From assembly GCA_031411295.1 (NCBI GenBank), contig JANOAV010000101.1, forward strand, positions 1 to 64,000: 64,000 bases of DNA. The letters are read 5' to 3'. This document shows, piece by piece, positions 30,865 through 41,700 of this stretch; position 1 is the stretch's first letter; each line of letters opens with the position of its first letter. The translations under genes and the position numbers were made by a program. The notes below the pieces were generated by a model. It ran no database searches. It was not told the DNA's origin and saw nothing but the letters and a program-made list of their open reading frames with translations. The DNA comes from Verrucomicrobiales bacterium (lineage in GTDB: Bacteria > Verrucomicrobiota > Verrucomicrobiia > Verrucomicrobiales > V1-33).

Positions 30865-33018
30865 ATGCCAGACTCCCAAAATCCTTCATTAGACCCCACT
30901 CCCTCCGGCTACCAGAGGACCACTGGTGGTAAAGGGTATCGGTGGCAAGCTCCCACGGCAGAGCAATTGGCAGAACTTCTGCCACAGTATCATATCGAGG
31001 AAATGGTGGGGCTTGGGGGCATGGGGGCCGTTTATAAAGGAATGCAGAAAGCCTTAGAGCGTCCCGTGGCGATCAAGATTTTGCCAGCCGATATCGATGA
31101 CGAGGATGGTAGTTACACCAAGCGGTTCAAGAATGAGGCCAAGATCATGGCCAATCTGGATCATCCTGCCATTGTTCCAGTGTATGACTTCGGGGAGACT
31201 GCTGACGGGCAGTATTTCTTTGTGATGGGCTACATCGACGGCAGCGATGTGCAGAAAATGGTCCACGACCAAGGACGTCTCCCGCCAGAACATGCTCTAG
31301 CGATTGCTGCGCACGTTTGCGATGCATTAGACTATGCCCATAGCCATGGCGTGGTGCATCGTGATATTAAGCCCAGTAATGTGCTGATCAATATGGATGG
31401 AGCGGTAAAGGTAGCCGACTTCGGATTGGCAAAAGTGGACGATCCCGGTGCGGGCGCGCAGACCAAATCCGGAGTTACCTTGGGCACCCCCGACTATGTG
31501 GCTCCAGAAGCGCTGACCATCGGCATGAAGGTGGATGGGCGCGCGGATCTCTATGCTGTGGGAGTGATGCTCTACAACATGCTGACAGGCAACGTTCCCC
31601 GTGGGATGTTTACCATGCCTTCCTTGATGATTCCCGGCATCGACCCCAGGTTCGATAAAATCATCGCCAAGGCCATGAAATATGATCCAGATGATCGTTA
31701 TGCTACTGCCGCTGAAATGCGCCGTGACCTGGACCTGATAATTACCACTCCCATGGTTCAGCACGGAGGCCCCAGCAGCGCTGCCATACCCAAACAGAAC
31801 AAGCAGCCAAAGCCCACGGGCAAGCCGCCGTCGCCAGTTGACACCCCGACAGTCCCCTTTTCCGAAGTCCCTAAGCGGAAATCCAGAACGCCACTTTTCG
31901 TCAGCCTCGGTGGCGCAGCGGTCATTATCACTGGGGTCACCGTCAATCGGGTTGGTAAACAGCCGGAGAACCATCAGGGCAACGAGGGGACTCCTATAAC
32001 AGAGGAGAAAACCGAGCCCACGGTCCAGGTAAATGAGCCACCCGGCTCTGCGTCAGCAAAAACGGCATCTCCTTCCTTGGCCCCGCAGGTGACTGAACCC
32101 TCCGCCACTGCTAGCATGCTGTCCCCTGCGGAAATAGCGGACTGGGTCTTCTCACGCCAAGGAATTTTGACAGTAGAAACATCTGATCAACCGAGCACGA
32201 TCAGATCGTCCACAGAGATTCCCTCTGGGACGTTCAAAATCATCGAAATAAGTTTGGATAAACGTCCTGAGACTCATGATTTGATCTCTGACGACGAGCT
32301 GAAACAACTCGGCGGCATGACCGATTTGACCCACCTAGGACTTCAGGGGCGTAAGGGGTTCACCGGCTCATTTTTAGCCACATTGGCCAGTTGTCAGAAG
32401 TTGACCAGCCTCAATATAGCAGATGGCAGCTTTACTTCAGAGCACATCCCTTCCCTAGTCCTGTTGCCGAACCTGACAATCCTTCGTCTCAGCGGCGGCG
32501 CCACGGCCGAGGCCTTTGCTGCATTACTTCCATTGAAGCACATCCATTCGATTAGCATTCATGGCCCCGCGAGCCTTGCGGTATGTCAGTCCCTCGCGAA
32601 GTATCCTGAGCTGAACCAACTCAGCATCGTTAATACCGTGCTCACGCCTGAGGCGTTTGCGAGCCTTGCCGAACTAAAGGGGCTCGAATACTTGGAATTG
32701 AGGCACCTACCAGCCGAAAACCCAACCTTAGCACCGCTGGCATCGATGAGCCGCCTTAAATCGCTCCACCTGTATTCAGCATCAGCCCCCGCAGCCCACC
32801 TGAAGGGGCTCGAACTGCTCACACCTCTGAAATTTATCCGGCTTCATATTCGTGCTGTGGCTTCAGATATCCCAGGCTTTGCCAAGATGATTTCGGCCGC
32901 CCTTGGCGTCGAAAAAGTCGTGCTTTACGGAGAAAACCTGACGGAGAAAACATCTGTGGATGCCCGGGACAGTCTGCAGCAGGAACTGCCCAAGGTTCAG
33001 GTGGAGTTTCTTAAATAA
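30865..33018 (+). CDS. Hanks-type Ser/Thr protein kinase with putative TM segment and LRR-like C-terminus
   Basis: GLGGMG, VAIK, HRDIKPSN, DFG, GTPDY; hydrophobic segment after RKSR; LxxLxL repeats. Confidence 0.93.
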   Translation: MPDSQNPSLDPTPSGYQRTTGGKGYRWQAPTAEQLAELLPQYHIEEMVGLGGMGAVYKGMQKALERPVAIKILPADIDDEDGSYTKRFKNEAKIMANLDHPAIVPVYDFGETADGQYFFVMGYIDGSDVQKMVHDQGRLPPEHALAIAAHVCDALDYAHSHGVVHRDIKPSNVLINMDGAVKVADFGLAKVDDPGAGAQTKSGVTLGTPDYVAPEALTIGMKVDGRADLYAVGVMLYNMLTGNVPRGMFTMPSLMIPGIDPRFDKIIAKAMKYDPDDRYATAAEMRRDLDLIITTPMVQHGGPSSAAIPKQNKQPKPTGKPPSPVDTPTVPFSEVPKRKSRTPLFVSLGGAAVIITGVTVNRVGKQPENHQGNEGTPITEEKTEPTVQVNEPPGSASAKTASPSLAPQVTEPSATASMLSPAEIADWVFSRQGILTVETSDQPSTIRSSTEIPSGTFKIIEISLDKRPETHDLISDDELKQLGGMTDLTHLGLQGRKGFTGSFLATLASCQKLTSLNIADGSFTSEHIPSLVLLPNLTILRLSGGATAEAFAALLPLKHIHSISIHGPASLAVCQSLAKYPELNQLSIVNTVLTPEAFASLAELKGLEYLELRHLPAENPTLAPLASMSRLKSLHLYSASAPAAHLKGLELLTPLKFIRLHIRAVASDIPGFAKMISAALGVEKVVLYGENLTEKTSVDARDSLQQELPKVQVEFLK

Positions 33019-33377
33019 GATCGGGAAGGTGCCGCATCCGTTGCAGTCCGAGCTTTAGGCCGACAGTAGTTCGCTGCCCATGCCGGCGGCTGTCCAGCTT
33101 GACGGGATGCGGGCGCGATAAATCCCGCATTCAAACAGATCTGGCGATGTGGCGAATGCCTCAAAAAAACCTGACGCCCGCAGCGGTCTGGCTATATCCC
33201 ACCAAGTTCCTGATCCGTTAGCATTCGTCCGCTTGTTACATTCCCCTGCTTCAAGCCATGGACCTCCAGCCATTCAGATTGTCACTTTCAGAGGAAACCG
33301 CAGCCATTCTCTCCGGCAGCGGTGGCGGAGAAATGTTGTGCTGCGCCCGTTCCGGTTTGGGGACTGGTGAAATGCCT

Positions 33378-33650
33378 TCCGGGGCGCGCAAACTGCTCCG
33401 CGGGGTGGCCGAACTGTTCTACGGGGCGCACCCGGTGCTCCATGGCGCGCGCCCCATGCTCTGCGGGGTGCGCCCCGTGGCCCAGAAAGTTCGCCCCGCA
33501 GCGCGCGGGGCGCGCCCCGGAGAACGCGGGGTGCGCCCCATGGAGCAAAAAGTTCACCCCGTGGGCCACGGGGTGCGTCCCATACCGCATGGGGCGCGCC
33601 CCATGGAGCAGAAAATTTGCCCCGCAGCGCGCGGGGCGCGCCGCAAACCC
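33378..33650. repeat. Degenerate 21-bp tandem repeat array, 13 units, with palindromic core GGGGYGCGCCCC
   Basis: Units such as cgcggggtgcgccccatggag and catggggcgcgccccatggag; units 6, 9 and 12 begin caRaaaRtt (63-bp super-period). Confidence 0.9.
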
Positions 33651-33696
33651 TTCATTTCCAACGGAAAAAGCACCCACCAACCACCACCGCACCGCC

Positions 33697-34581
33697 ATGA
33701 AAACACTCCACTGGGATAGCACGGATCCCGCTACCGGCCTGCCCTATACCAATGATTCTCCGAATGTTCGATGGGGTTGCGTCCTGGAACCGGGAGACCC
33801 CGGTTACACCCCGCCTTTGCATCCGCCCCCAGAGAAACCCAAAACCAAAAAAACCAAACAAATGAAAAGCAATACCTACTACCCATCCTCCCTGAACGAT
33901 CAACTCGCCTGGCTGGGCAACTACTGGAACAAGCTACAAGGCCACAGCGCCGCCCTGGGAATCACCACCGCCGTCTGTGCGGACAATGTGGCGGACGCCC
34001 GTTGGATCATCTACGTGCTGGGCTCGTGGCTGCCCAACGAGCGCGCCCATGCCAAGGCGGACACCCAGGCCGTGCAGGAGGTGCTCTTCGGCACTGCGCC
34101 TGGGGGCTTTGTCCTGCCGCCACCATTGCAAGCCGCGGATCCCACCGCGGTGCCGCCGCTGCCAGCAGTGGTGCCCCGGCCGGCGGGAGGGCTGAACCGG
34201 ATCTTCGACACGGTGCAGGACATCAAAGACCTCCCCAACTTTAACGGAACCATCGGCCAGCACCTGCAAATCATCGGTCAGGAAGACACGGGACCGGATT
34301 TCGTCACCCTGGCCCCCGTGCTCAAAGCCACCTTCAGCGGCGGCGTGGTGGACATCGACTGGAATTGGCAGGGTTACGGCAAATGGCTGGACATGTGCGA
34401 GATCCAAGTAAATCGCGGCAACGGTTGGACTATCCTAACTTTCGATACCACCCCCGGTTACACCGACACCACTCCGCCTCCCGCCACCTTAACCCAATGG
34501 AAATACAGCGCCATGTATCGCGTGGAAGACAATCAAGTAGGCCAATGGAGCGCAGAAATCGCTGTGAACCTAGGCGGCTAA
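33697..34581 (+). CDS. Hypothetical protein, helical N-domain plus C-terminal FN3/Ig-like domain (alternative start 33862)
   Basis: Beta-rich C-terminus VDIDW..CEIQVNRG.GW..GYTDT..WKYSAMY..VGQWS; no signal peptide. Confidence 0.75.
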   Translation: MKTLHWDSTDPATGLPYTNDSPNVRWGCVLEPGDPGYTPPLHPPPEKPKTKKTKQMKSNTYYPSSLNDQLAWLGNYWNKLQGHSAALGITTAVCADNVADARWIIYVLGSWLPNERAHAKADTQAVQEVLFGTAPGGFVLPPPLQAADPTAVPPLPAVVPRPAGGLNRIFDTVQDIKDLPNFNGTIGQHLQIIGQEDTGPDFVTLAPVLKATFSGGVVDIDWNWQGYGKWLDMCEIQVNRGNGWTILTFDTTPGYTDTTPPPATLTQWKYSAMYRVEDNQVGQWSAEIAVNLGG

Positions 34582-34607
34582 CACGAGGGAAAAGCGATGA
34601 TTCACAG

Positions 34608-34635
34608 CGTGGTGCAGACTGCGGCTTGCACCACG
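34608..34635. repeat. Intergenic GTGG-type hairpin
   Basis: cgtggtgca / tgcaccacg 9-bp inverted repeat between convergent genes. Confidence 0.5.
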
Positions 34636-34834
34636 TTGGCATGGCAGCCGCAGGGCTCAATCCGTTGGAACCAAGCCCAGCAAGGCTTACGCGCCAACTT
34701 AAGTGAGCGTGCATTACTGGGGCGTGCAAAAGAACGAGTATAACATTTGTTTCATTCCCCCAAATCTTGCGATTTAATTTAAGGGAACCCTACAAATATG
34801 AGGGGACTAAAGGGTCCGTTTTTGCATTTGCCGC

Positions 34835-35539
34835 TCACACCCCGCCAAAGCGTCGGTCCCGCTGATGGTATTGTTTCACCGCCTCCAGGAGATCCGTAGG
34901 CTGGAAATCGGGCCAGAGTTTGTCGATGACGACGAGTTCCGCATAACTGATCTGCCAGAGCAGAAAATTGGAAATGCGCATCTCCCCGCTGGTCCGGATG
35001 AGCAGTTCCGGGTCTGGGTAGGCCTTGGTGTAGAGGTGCTGGCTGAAGACTTCGGAGGTGAGGGCGGCGGGATCCAGGGTGCCGGCTTGGACTTCGGAAA
35101 TGATGGTTTGCACGGCATCCAGGATTTCCTCCCGGGAGCCGTAACTGAGGGCCAGGACGACGGTAAGTCCGGTATTCTTGCTAGTAACGGCAATGGATTC
35201 GGCCAGCTTCTCCCGGCAACTGGCTGGGAGTTGGGAAATGCGGCCAATGGCTTGCAGGCGAACGTTTTTTTCGATGAGGGAGGGTGTTTTCTCGACGAGA
35301 AATTTCTCCAGTAAGTTCATCAGCGCGGCAACCTCCAGGGCAGGACGCTTCCAGTTCTCGGTGCTGAAGGCGTAGAGGGTGAGGAATTCCGCCCCCAGCT
35401 CCCGGCAGGCGTCCACGCAGTTTTCCACCGCATCCGCTCCCGCCCGATGTCCCTGCGGTCGCATCCAGCCACGGCGCTTGGCCCAACGGCCGTTGCCGTC
35501 CATGATAATGGCGATGTGTCGAGGGGGAGGGTGTTTCAA
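34835..35539 (-). CDS. uppS: Isoprenyl transferase / undecaprenyl diphosphate synthase
   Basis: HIAIIMDGNGRWA, YAFSTENWKR, LLIRTSGEMRISNFLLWQ, RRFGG. Confidence 0.97.
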   Translation of the reverse strand: MKHPPPRHIAIIMDGNGRWAKRRGWMRPQGHRAGADAVENCVDACRELGAEFLTLYAFSTENWKRPALEVAALMNLLEKFLVEKTPSLIEKNVRLQAIGRISQLPASCREKLAESIAVTSKNTGLTVVLALSYGSREEILDAVQTIISEVQAGTLDPAALTSEVFSQHLYTKAYPDPELLIRTSGEMRISNFLLWQISYAELVVIDKLWPDFQPTDLLEAVKQYHQRDRRFGGV

Positions 35540-35739
35540 AGGATGAGTGGTCGAAGATCAGAGAGGCGGATGAAAGCGGGACGATGTCCAAACGCAAGCC
35601 TAGCGGAGGATCTTGCGGGCTCAAGCGTCTTTCGTGAAGGAAACTGGGAAATCCTCCACCTCCATGCGAATGTGGAGCTGCCCGCTGGGCTGCTCCTCAG
35701 GTTGTCGCACGATTCAGCGACCTCGAGCTCCATCGCTAC

Positions 35740-38700
35740 TCACTCCTGCGGCGGAGCCACTTCCCGCACGGTGGCTCCGTGCTGCTCGCTCATGATCAGC
35801 AGGCTGTAGCGGGTGATGCCTGCGGTCGGCGTGCTGACGCTCACGTAGTCAAACTTCCCGCGCAGGTCGGTGTAGCCGTCTTTGTGGAACTGGGGAGTGC
35901 CGTTGACTTCGGCGTAAACTTTCACATAGACCTTGCTCAGTGGCCGATGCCCCTTCGTAGAGGGAGCGCCCTCGCTCCCTTTATCTGTAACTGGAGCGCC
36001 CCCGCTCCCCTCAGCCGCCAGCACCTGAAGTCGCCCTTGGGCTTGGCTTAGGTTTACCTCCAGTTCATTGGCGAAATGCGCCTGCGCTTGCTTCTTCCCG
36101 CCGCCCGTGATTTCCACCAGCACGTTGGCATGATGGTATTCCTTGGGTAAGGCGAAACGATGCGTGGTCTGGTCGGCGGCCAGTTGAAGCGTCTCCGTTT
36201 TGCTAGGTTGAATCAAGCTAAAGCGTGCTGGATCACTGCTGACAAATGGTGCCGCACTGAAGAGGAACTCAAGATCCATCGCGTAATAGTTCACGGTCAC
36301 AGTGGTTAGCTTCTGATATTTCAACGCCACATTCGTGCCTTCCATCTTGAATTCCAAATGCGGTTCGGAAGCTGCCAATTGGTTCTGCTGTTGCTCTCGA
36401 CTGTCCGCCTTCATGGCCTCCGTCTTGCCGCCTTCCAGTTCGTCCAGTTGCGCCAGCACCTCTTGGAATTTCTCCCGCCAATGATCAACGGGCTCCGTAA
36501 TGTGCAGCGTGGCCAGCGCGCGCGCCGTTTTGGTATCCGCTTGCTGCCAAGCCAGCACCGCTTGCAGGTAGTCCATCTGGAGTCGCTCAGCCACATCATC
36601 GGTGGTGATGCGCTGCTGCGCGTCACCCTTCTTCTGTTGTTGGGACGGTTCTGGGGTAGCGCGCGGCAGCGCGCTACCACCGTTCAACATGTCCAGCGCC
36701 TCGTCCACCCGATCCTGCAGCAGTAAATAATACGTCACTGCCAGCCGATCCTCCGCTCGCAACTCCCGCTGATGCGCCAGCACGTTGAGCAGCGCAGCGT
36801 ATTGTTTCCCCAAGGCATCATTCAAGACCACCGGCTTCGATCCCATGCGATGCGCCCGCGCATTGACCAGCGGGCTGTATTCCAGGTGCTCGTAATTTTT
36901 CAACGCCACCGGATCGATCACCAGCAACTTGCTTTCCATCGCAGGTCCACAGCCATTCAAGAAATCAGCCTGCCCCAGTAAATATTCCCGCATCACCTCC
37001 GGCACGTTGTGCTTGATTCCATAGGACCAAATCGTGTCGTCATAGAGTCGACGTTCCTCCAACGCTGGAATGAGCTTGGCAAAGAATGCCGCATCCTGAC
37101 AGCGCCAAGCAATTTGCGATAGATCTAGGCCCTGACAATTCCGCTTGGCAATAAACTCCAACACTTGCTCCGCCGTGCCCATTTGGCTGACGTAGAGCCA
37201 GGAAGTTTGATCCAGGTCCGACAGTTCCCGCACCACTTTAAAGGAAGTGGCCGGAGCACTGGCCAACACCGTTTCCCCTTGGCAGACATGCACTGGGAAA
37301 TGTTGATAGGTGCCAGGTTGCGGGAAGTAGAAATAGTGTTCCTGCACCGCCGCACTGCCAGCTTCGATATGCAATGGCACATTGGCCGTGGCCTTGCCGC
37401 CCAGCACCGGCAATGCTCCGAGCGGAATCTGTAGCAGAACTTCCGTGGTCTGATGATTGGCGGTGGGGTTGGTGATCATCACCTCGCAACCATACACCAC
37501 CCCAGTTAGGAATTCCTTCGTCACACGCTTCAGTTCCTTTTCCTGACCGTTCTCATTCCACCGATCATCCGCCCGGAAGAAACTCTGCCGCACCAGCAGC
37601 TTGCCCTCGGCCGCCATGTCTGCGGGCTTCAGTGCGCGACGGAAGAGCAGCGTTCCGTGTGCGGGAGTTAGGGTCAACGTGTTATCCTTGAGCGATGACT
37701 TCGCAGTGGTCGCCTCACTGGGAAATGGCAGATCCAGCACGGCCAGGGCGCAGAGGATTTCCGTGAAGTTGCCGCTGGCTTCCAAGAGGTTCGTCGAAAG
37801 AAATCCGCCCTTGCCATCACATGCCGCATAGTCCTTCCAGAAAGCATTCACGGAGATCAGTTCGGTCTTCGTGTCGCTGCTGCGTAATTGATAGTAATTG
37901 TTCTCCGCCCACTCTTGCGTGGGTTCCTGCTTGCGGTAGAAACGTTGCAGTTGTTCGCGTCGCTCCGCTTTGTCGGCGGCCCGGTTTGTTGTGCCTCGCG
38001 GCACTCCTGTTTCCCAGATTTCATCGACCATCCGCAACATGTGGGCGCGGGTATGATCCCGAGCGCTCACGAGGTAGTTATCAATTTCGTGCTCGGTCTT
38101 TTCCAGCCATCTTCGCGCATCTGGATTGTGGGGATCAATCGCGAGAATTTTGTTGAACGAGTCTTCCGCTTCATTGAATTGCCCAAGGTCGAAGTAGCCA
38201 CTTCCTTGCTTCAAATATTTTGCCACTTCCTCGGTGTTTTTGTAATGTCGGTCGGTCATCGACGGATTGTAGTAATCAGGATCATCCAAGCGTTTTAGCA
38301 AAGTCTTTACGCTCCCGTTATCATTATCAAAATCCAGCGCCTCGGCTAAAAGATTCTTCCCTTCATCGAAACGCCCGTTTTTCCCAAGCTTGTCCGCTTG
38401 CTTAACGCTGGCGTTGGAAAATTTAGTCACTGTGCGGGCTCGATCCTCGGCAGACATTGGAGCATTTGGATACATTCCCAAGGCGGCACGGTAACCTTTG
38501 AGTGCTCCTTCGTAATCCCCATCTGCCATCATGCGATCTGCATCGGCTTCTAATTTCTTTCCATTTTCGATGCGTTGAAGGCGCTTTATGGTTTCTGCTT
38601 CACTCAATTTTTCTTCTGGTGCTGCGAAGGGATCGGCGGCCGCTGGTGGAGAAAAACTGGGCAGCTTTCCTCTTGTTGGTGATTTGAGATTGGGAGCCTT

Positions 38701-41700
38701 GCTGGCACCCAGGTCATCGGTGATTTTATCGATGAAATCCAACTGCTGAAGGGTATTCTTTACAATCAGTCGATTGCTACCGGGCAGGTATGTAGCGCTC
38801 GATCCTAACGCTTCGAAATTGGCCCCGAGGGCACTTAAAACTTCCTTGGCGGTGGGCGGGGGGCCTCTTTTCGCGGGATGCACAGTTGCTGGAGCAAACG
38901 GATCCGCCACCATTCCACTGCCGTCTCCTCCAGCAGTTCCGAGGAAATTAGGAGCTACTTTGAAGACTCTAGTTTCCAAGCTGTTGCTACTTCCATCAAG
39001 CGAGGAAATGATCACAGCATGGGGATCAACACGGTAGCTTAAACCAGCGAGTGAGCAAACTTGATCCAGGGCAACGATCAAGGGCACATCTCGTAGCTCC
39101 AAGGTGATGGGGGCGGTCGGCCTGCCTTTAGTGTCCAGGATGAAATTTACCCCTGCCTTGTTTGGATCTAGGTTATCCAGTTCGATGGATTTGCTGCGGA
39201 GAAACGAGATCACTTCCTCGATACTGGCTTTATCGAAGCTCAGCAGTGGAAGATTCGTGTTCCTCAGTTTTAGCATGTTGGCGCTTCCTTGCTCCGCAAA
39301 AGCTGAGGCATCAGGTGCAGCATATGCCGCCGCAGCCACCCCCATCTCCGCTGCCGAGCCACCAGTCAGCGCGGAACCACCCAGCGCGGCATCGAACATT
39401 CTTCCTAACTGCGCGACATCTGGCGTGGTGTTTTCCCAGAGTTCGCGAATCTCCCGTGCGGTGGCAGCGGCTTCTTCGGGATGGCGTTGGCCCAGGAGGA
39501 TGCGTTCCAGCGTGTTGAGTTGCCGATAGTTCCAACTGGTGAGATAGGATTTGAGATCATCGCCCAGCAGGTAGTGATCGAGGAATGTTTGGTCCCGTTT
39601 GTTCTTCAGATAGGGCAAAATAACGACCTTGAAAAACTCGGGGTCTTTGCGTTGCAGGAAGAAGTTGAGTTCGTGGCAGGCGTATTGGGAGTAGAGTTCG
39701 CGTTGCCGCTCGGGCTTCAACGTGGGCCATTTCGGCAGCCAATCGAAATAATGCAGCCTCGCCTCCTCGTTCAGTGTCTCGTAGAGATTGAAGACTTTCC
39801 CCAAGTCCTCCATGACTTCGAAGTGCGTGTTCGAGACATCCGGGATCGTCACGGGCACGTCCTTGGGCAGAATAGATATTTCATTGTGCATCGCAAAATG
39901 CGCCTTGGGATTCAGCCCGTTCGTAAAACGCAGATCCCGCACCTCCGTCTTGGCTGCGGGCAACGACAGGTTACGTTCGATGGAGCTTTGGTTATCCATT
40001 GCCAGCAAACGGATAAACTGCGCGTCATTCAACGCAGCGCGTTTCACAATGATCTTTCCGTCCTTGTCAGGCTTCAGGTTAAACATGGTCACGCCGGGAT
40101 GGGTTAGGAAGCTGAGGTCGAAACTGAGCGGATCGCGATGCGAGGGTTCGTTGCGGCTCCGCATTGCTGGCGGTAGCATGCCAACAAAACCTAAACCATG
40201 GCCGGGACCGACGCCTTGACCAAAACCCGAGTCCTGCGTGGTCGTTTCACCCGTTGCCATGGGATTCAAGAGCAAGCCCGGCCTTGGTAACATATTCCCC
40301 GGAAACTTCTTCACCCCTCTCCGCTCCATGACGTAGCGGTATTCCGCATCCAAGGTGCGGGAGGGCAAGAAGCTGGTTGGCAATGCGTCCCAAGTCCACG
40401 GTGAGAAGGAATTCGGGGGCGGGCCTATCAATTCTCCGATAGACTCAAAACCATCAAACTCCGGAACAAATCGACTCGCCAACAAATGCAATCGCGCCTC
40501 AGGTCCGGCTCCACCCAGCGTAATTTCCAACTGGCCAGGGTCCAGCTTCGTGGAGATGATTTGCAGGGTGCCAAATTCGGCTGCGTCCATGGTTCGAGCC
40601 TCGCCCAGGAGATGCGTCGCCACGTTTTTTCCGGAAGAAACCTGAATGTAGTAGGTCTGAAAAGGCTCCCCATACCGCAGGCTGTAATCACCAGGAGGAA
40701 GACTATTCAGCACAAGATAACCCGATTTCACCTTGGCAGTTTTATCCGACAAAACATCCTTCACAAAAAGGCCGCGATTTCTCTCCAGCAGGGAGACTGA
40801 AGGTGCGCTTGGTTTCTCCGCCATGCTCAACCATGGCAACACTATCGGCTGTCCGGCGGTTACTTGTATCACGTTGCCGTTGCTGGAGGAAGCTTTGGGG
40901 TGGGGGATGAGAAAGTTGGCACGATGCCCGCCACTGGCTACCTCAATGACCTGGATTCCTTGCATCGCTCCAAGTTCCCCCATGCCGCGAGCGTCGGTCG
41001 TGAAATTCACTTTTACAACATTCGTGAATTCCCCATGATATAACCCAATCTCACATTGCTCCCCGGCCAGTGGCTCCCCAGACAGCCCAAGTCGCTCAAT
41101 GAAATAACTGCCATCAATTTGCGTTAGCCAAATGCGGGAGTGAATTTTTGCCTCGGATAAATTCTCCGCCACGGAAACCGAAGTCTCTGCGTGTAAGTCC
41201 AGCTTCCCTCCCGTGGTCAGGCTGGTGATCTTCCCTTCCAGCTTGAAATGCAGCGATGCCAGGCGCTCGGGCACCGTGAATTCATATGTGGCTTCTGCAT
41301 CGGCTTTGAGCTTTAGCGTTTCATCGTGCACGCTCGTTTCGGTGCCGTCGTGGTTATTGGCACTCACAGTGAGTTTCACCTCTTCCAGCAGGGAAATGTC
41401 GATGGGAGTTTGGTTGATGAATAAGCTGGGCCGAATGGCCACGGTGGCTTTGTGGCCGCTGACGAGCGATTCCATGGGGACGTGGAAGCCTGCTCGGAGG
41501 CTGTATTCCTCGCCTGCGAGGTTCACGGTTTCCACTTGAGCAAAGCCTGCTCCATCCGTGACGATGATTGGCTGCGGACCGGGTTTACTGGAGAAGGGTA
41601 GGAAAATTTCAAAATCTGTGGAGGGCGAGGTGACGAGACCCGGGGCAGCACCTGTGGGGGCGGCGGCGGGTGTTGCTGGTCTCCTAACGTCGCCCTCCAC

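Noticed and set aside
33378..33650. CRISPR array
   Set aside because: The 21-bp units are contiguous and degenerate, there are no unique spacers, and no cas genes are present.
33258..33722. ORFs 33258-33719 (+), 33288-33722 (-) and the N-terminal extension from 33322
   Set aside because: They are open only because the GC-rich repeat lacks stops; no protein family signal was seen.
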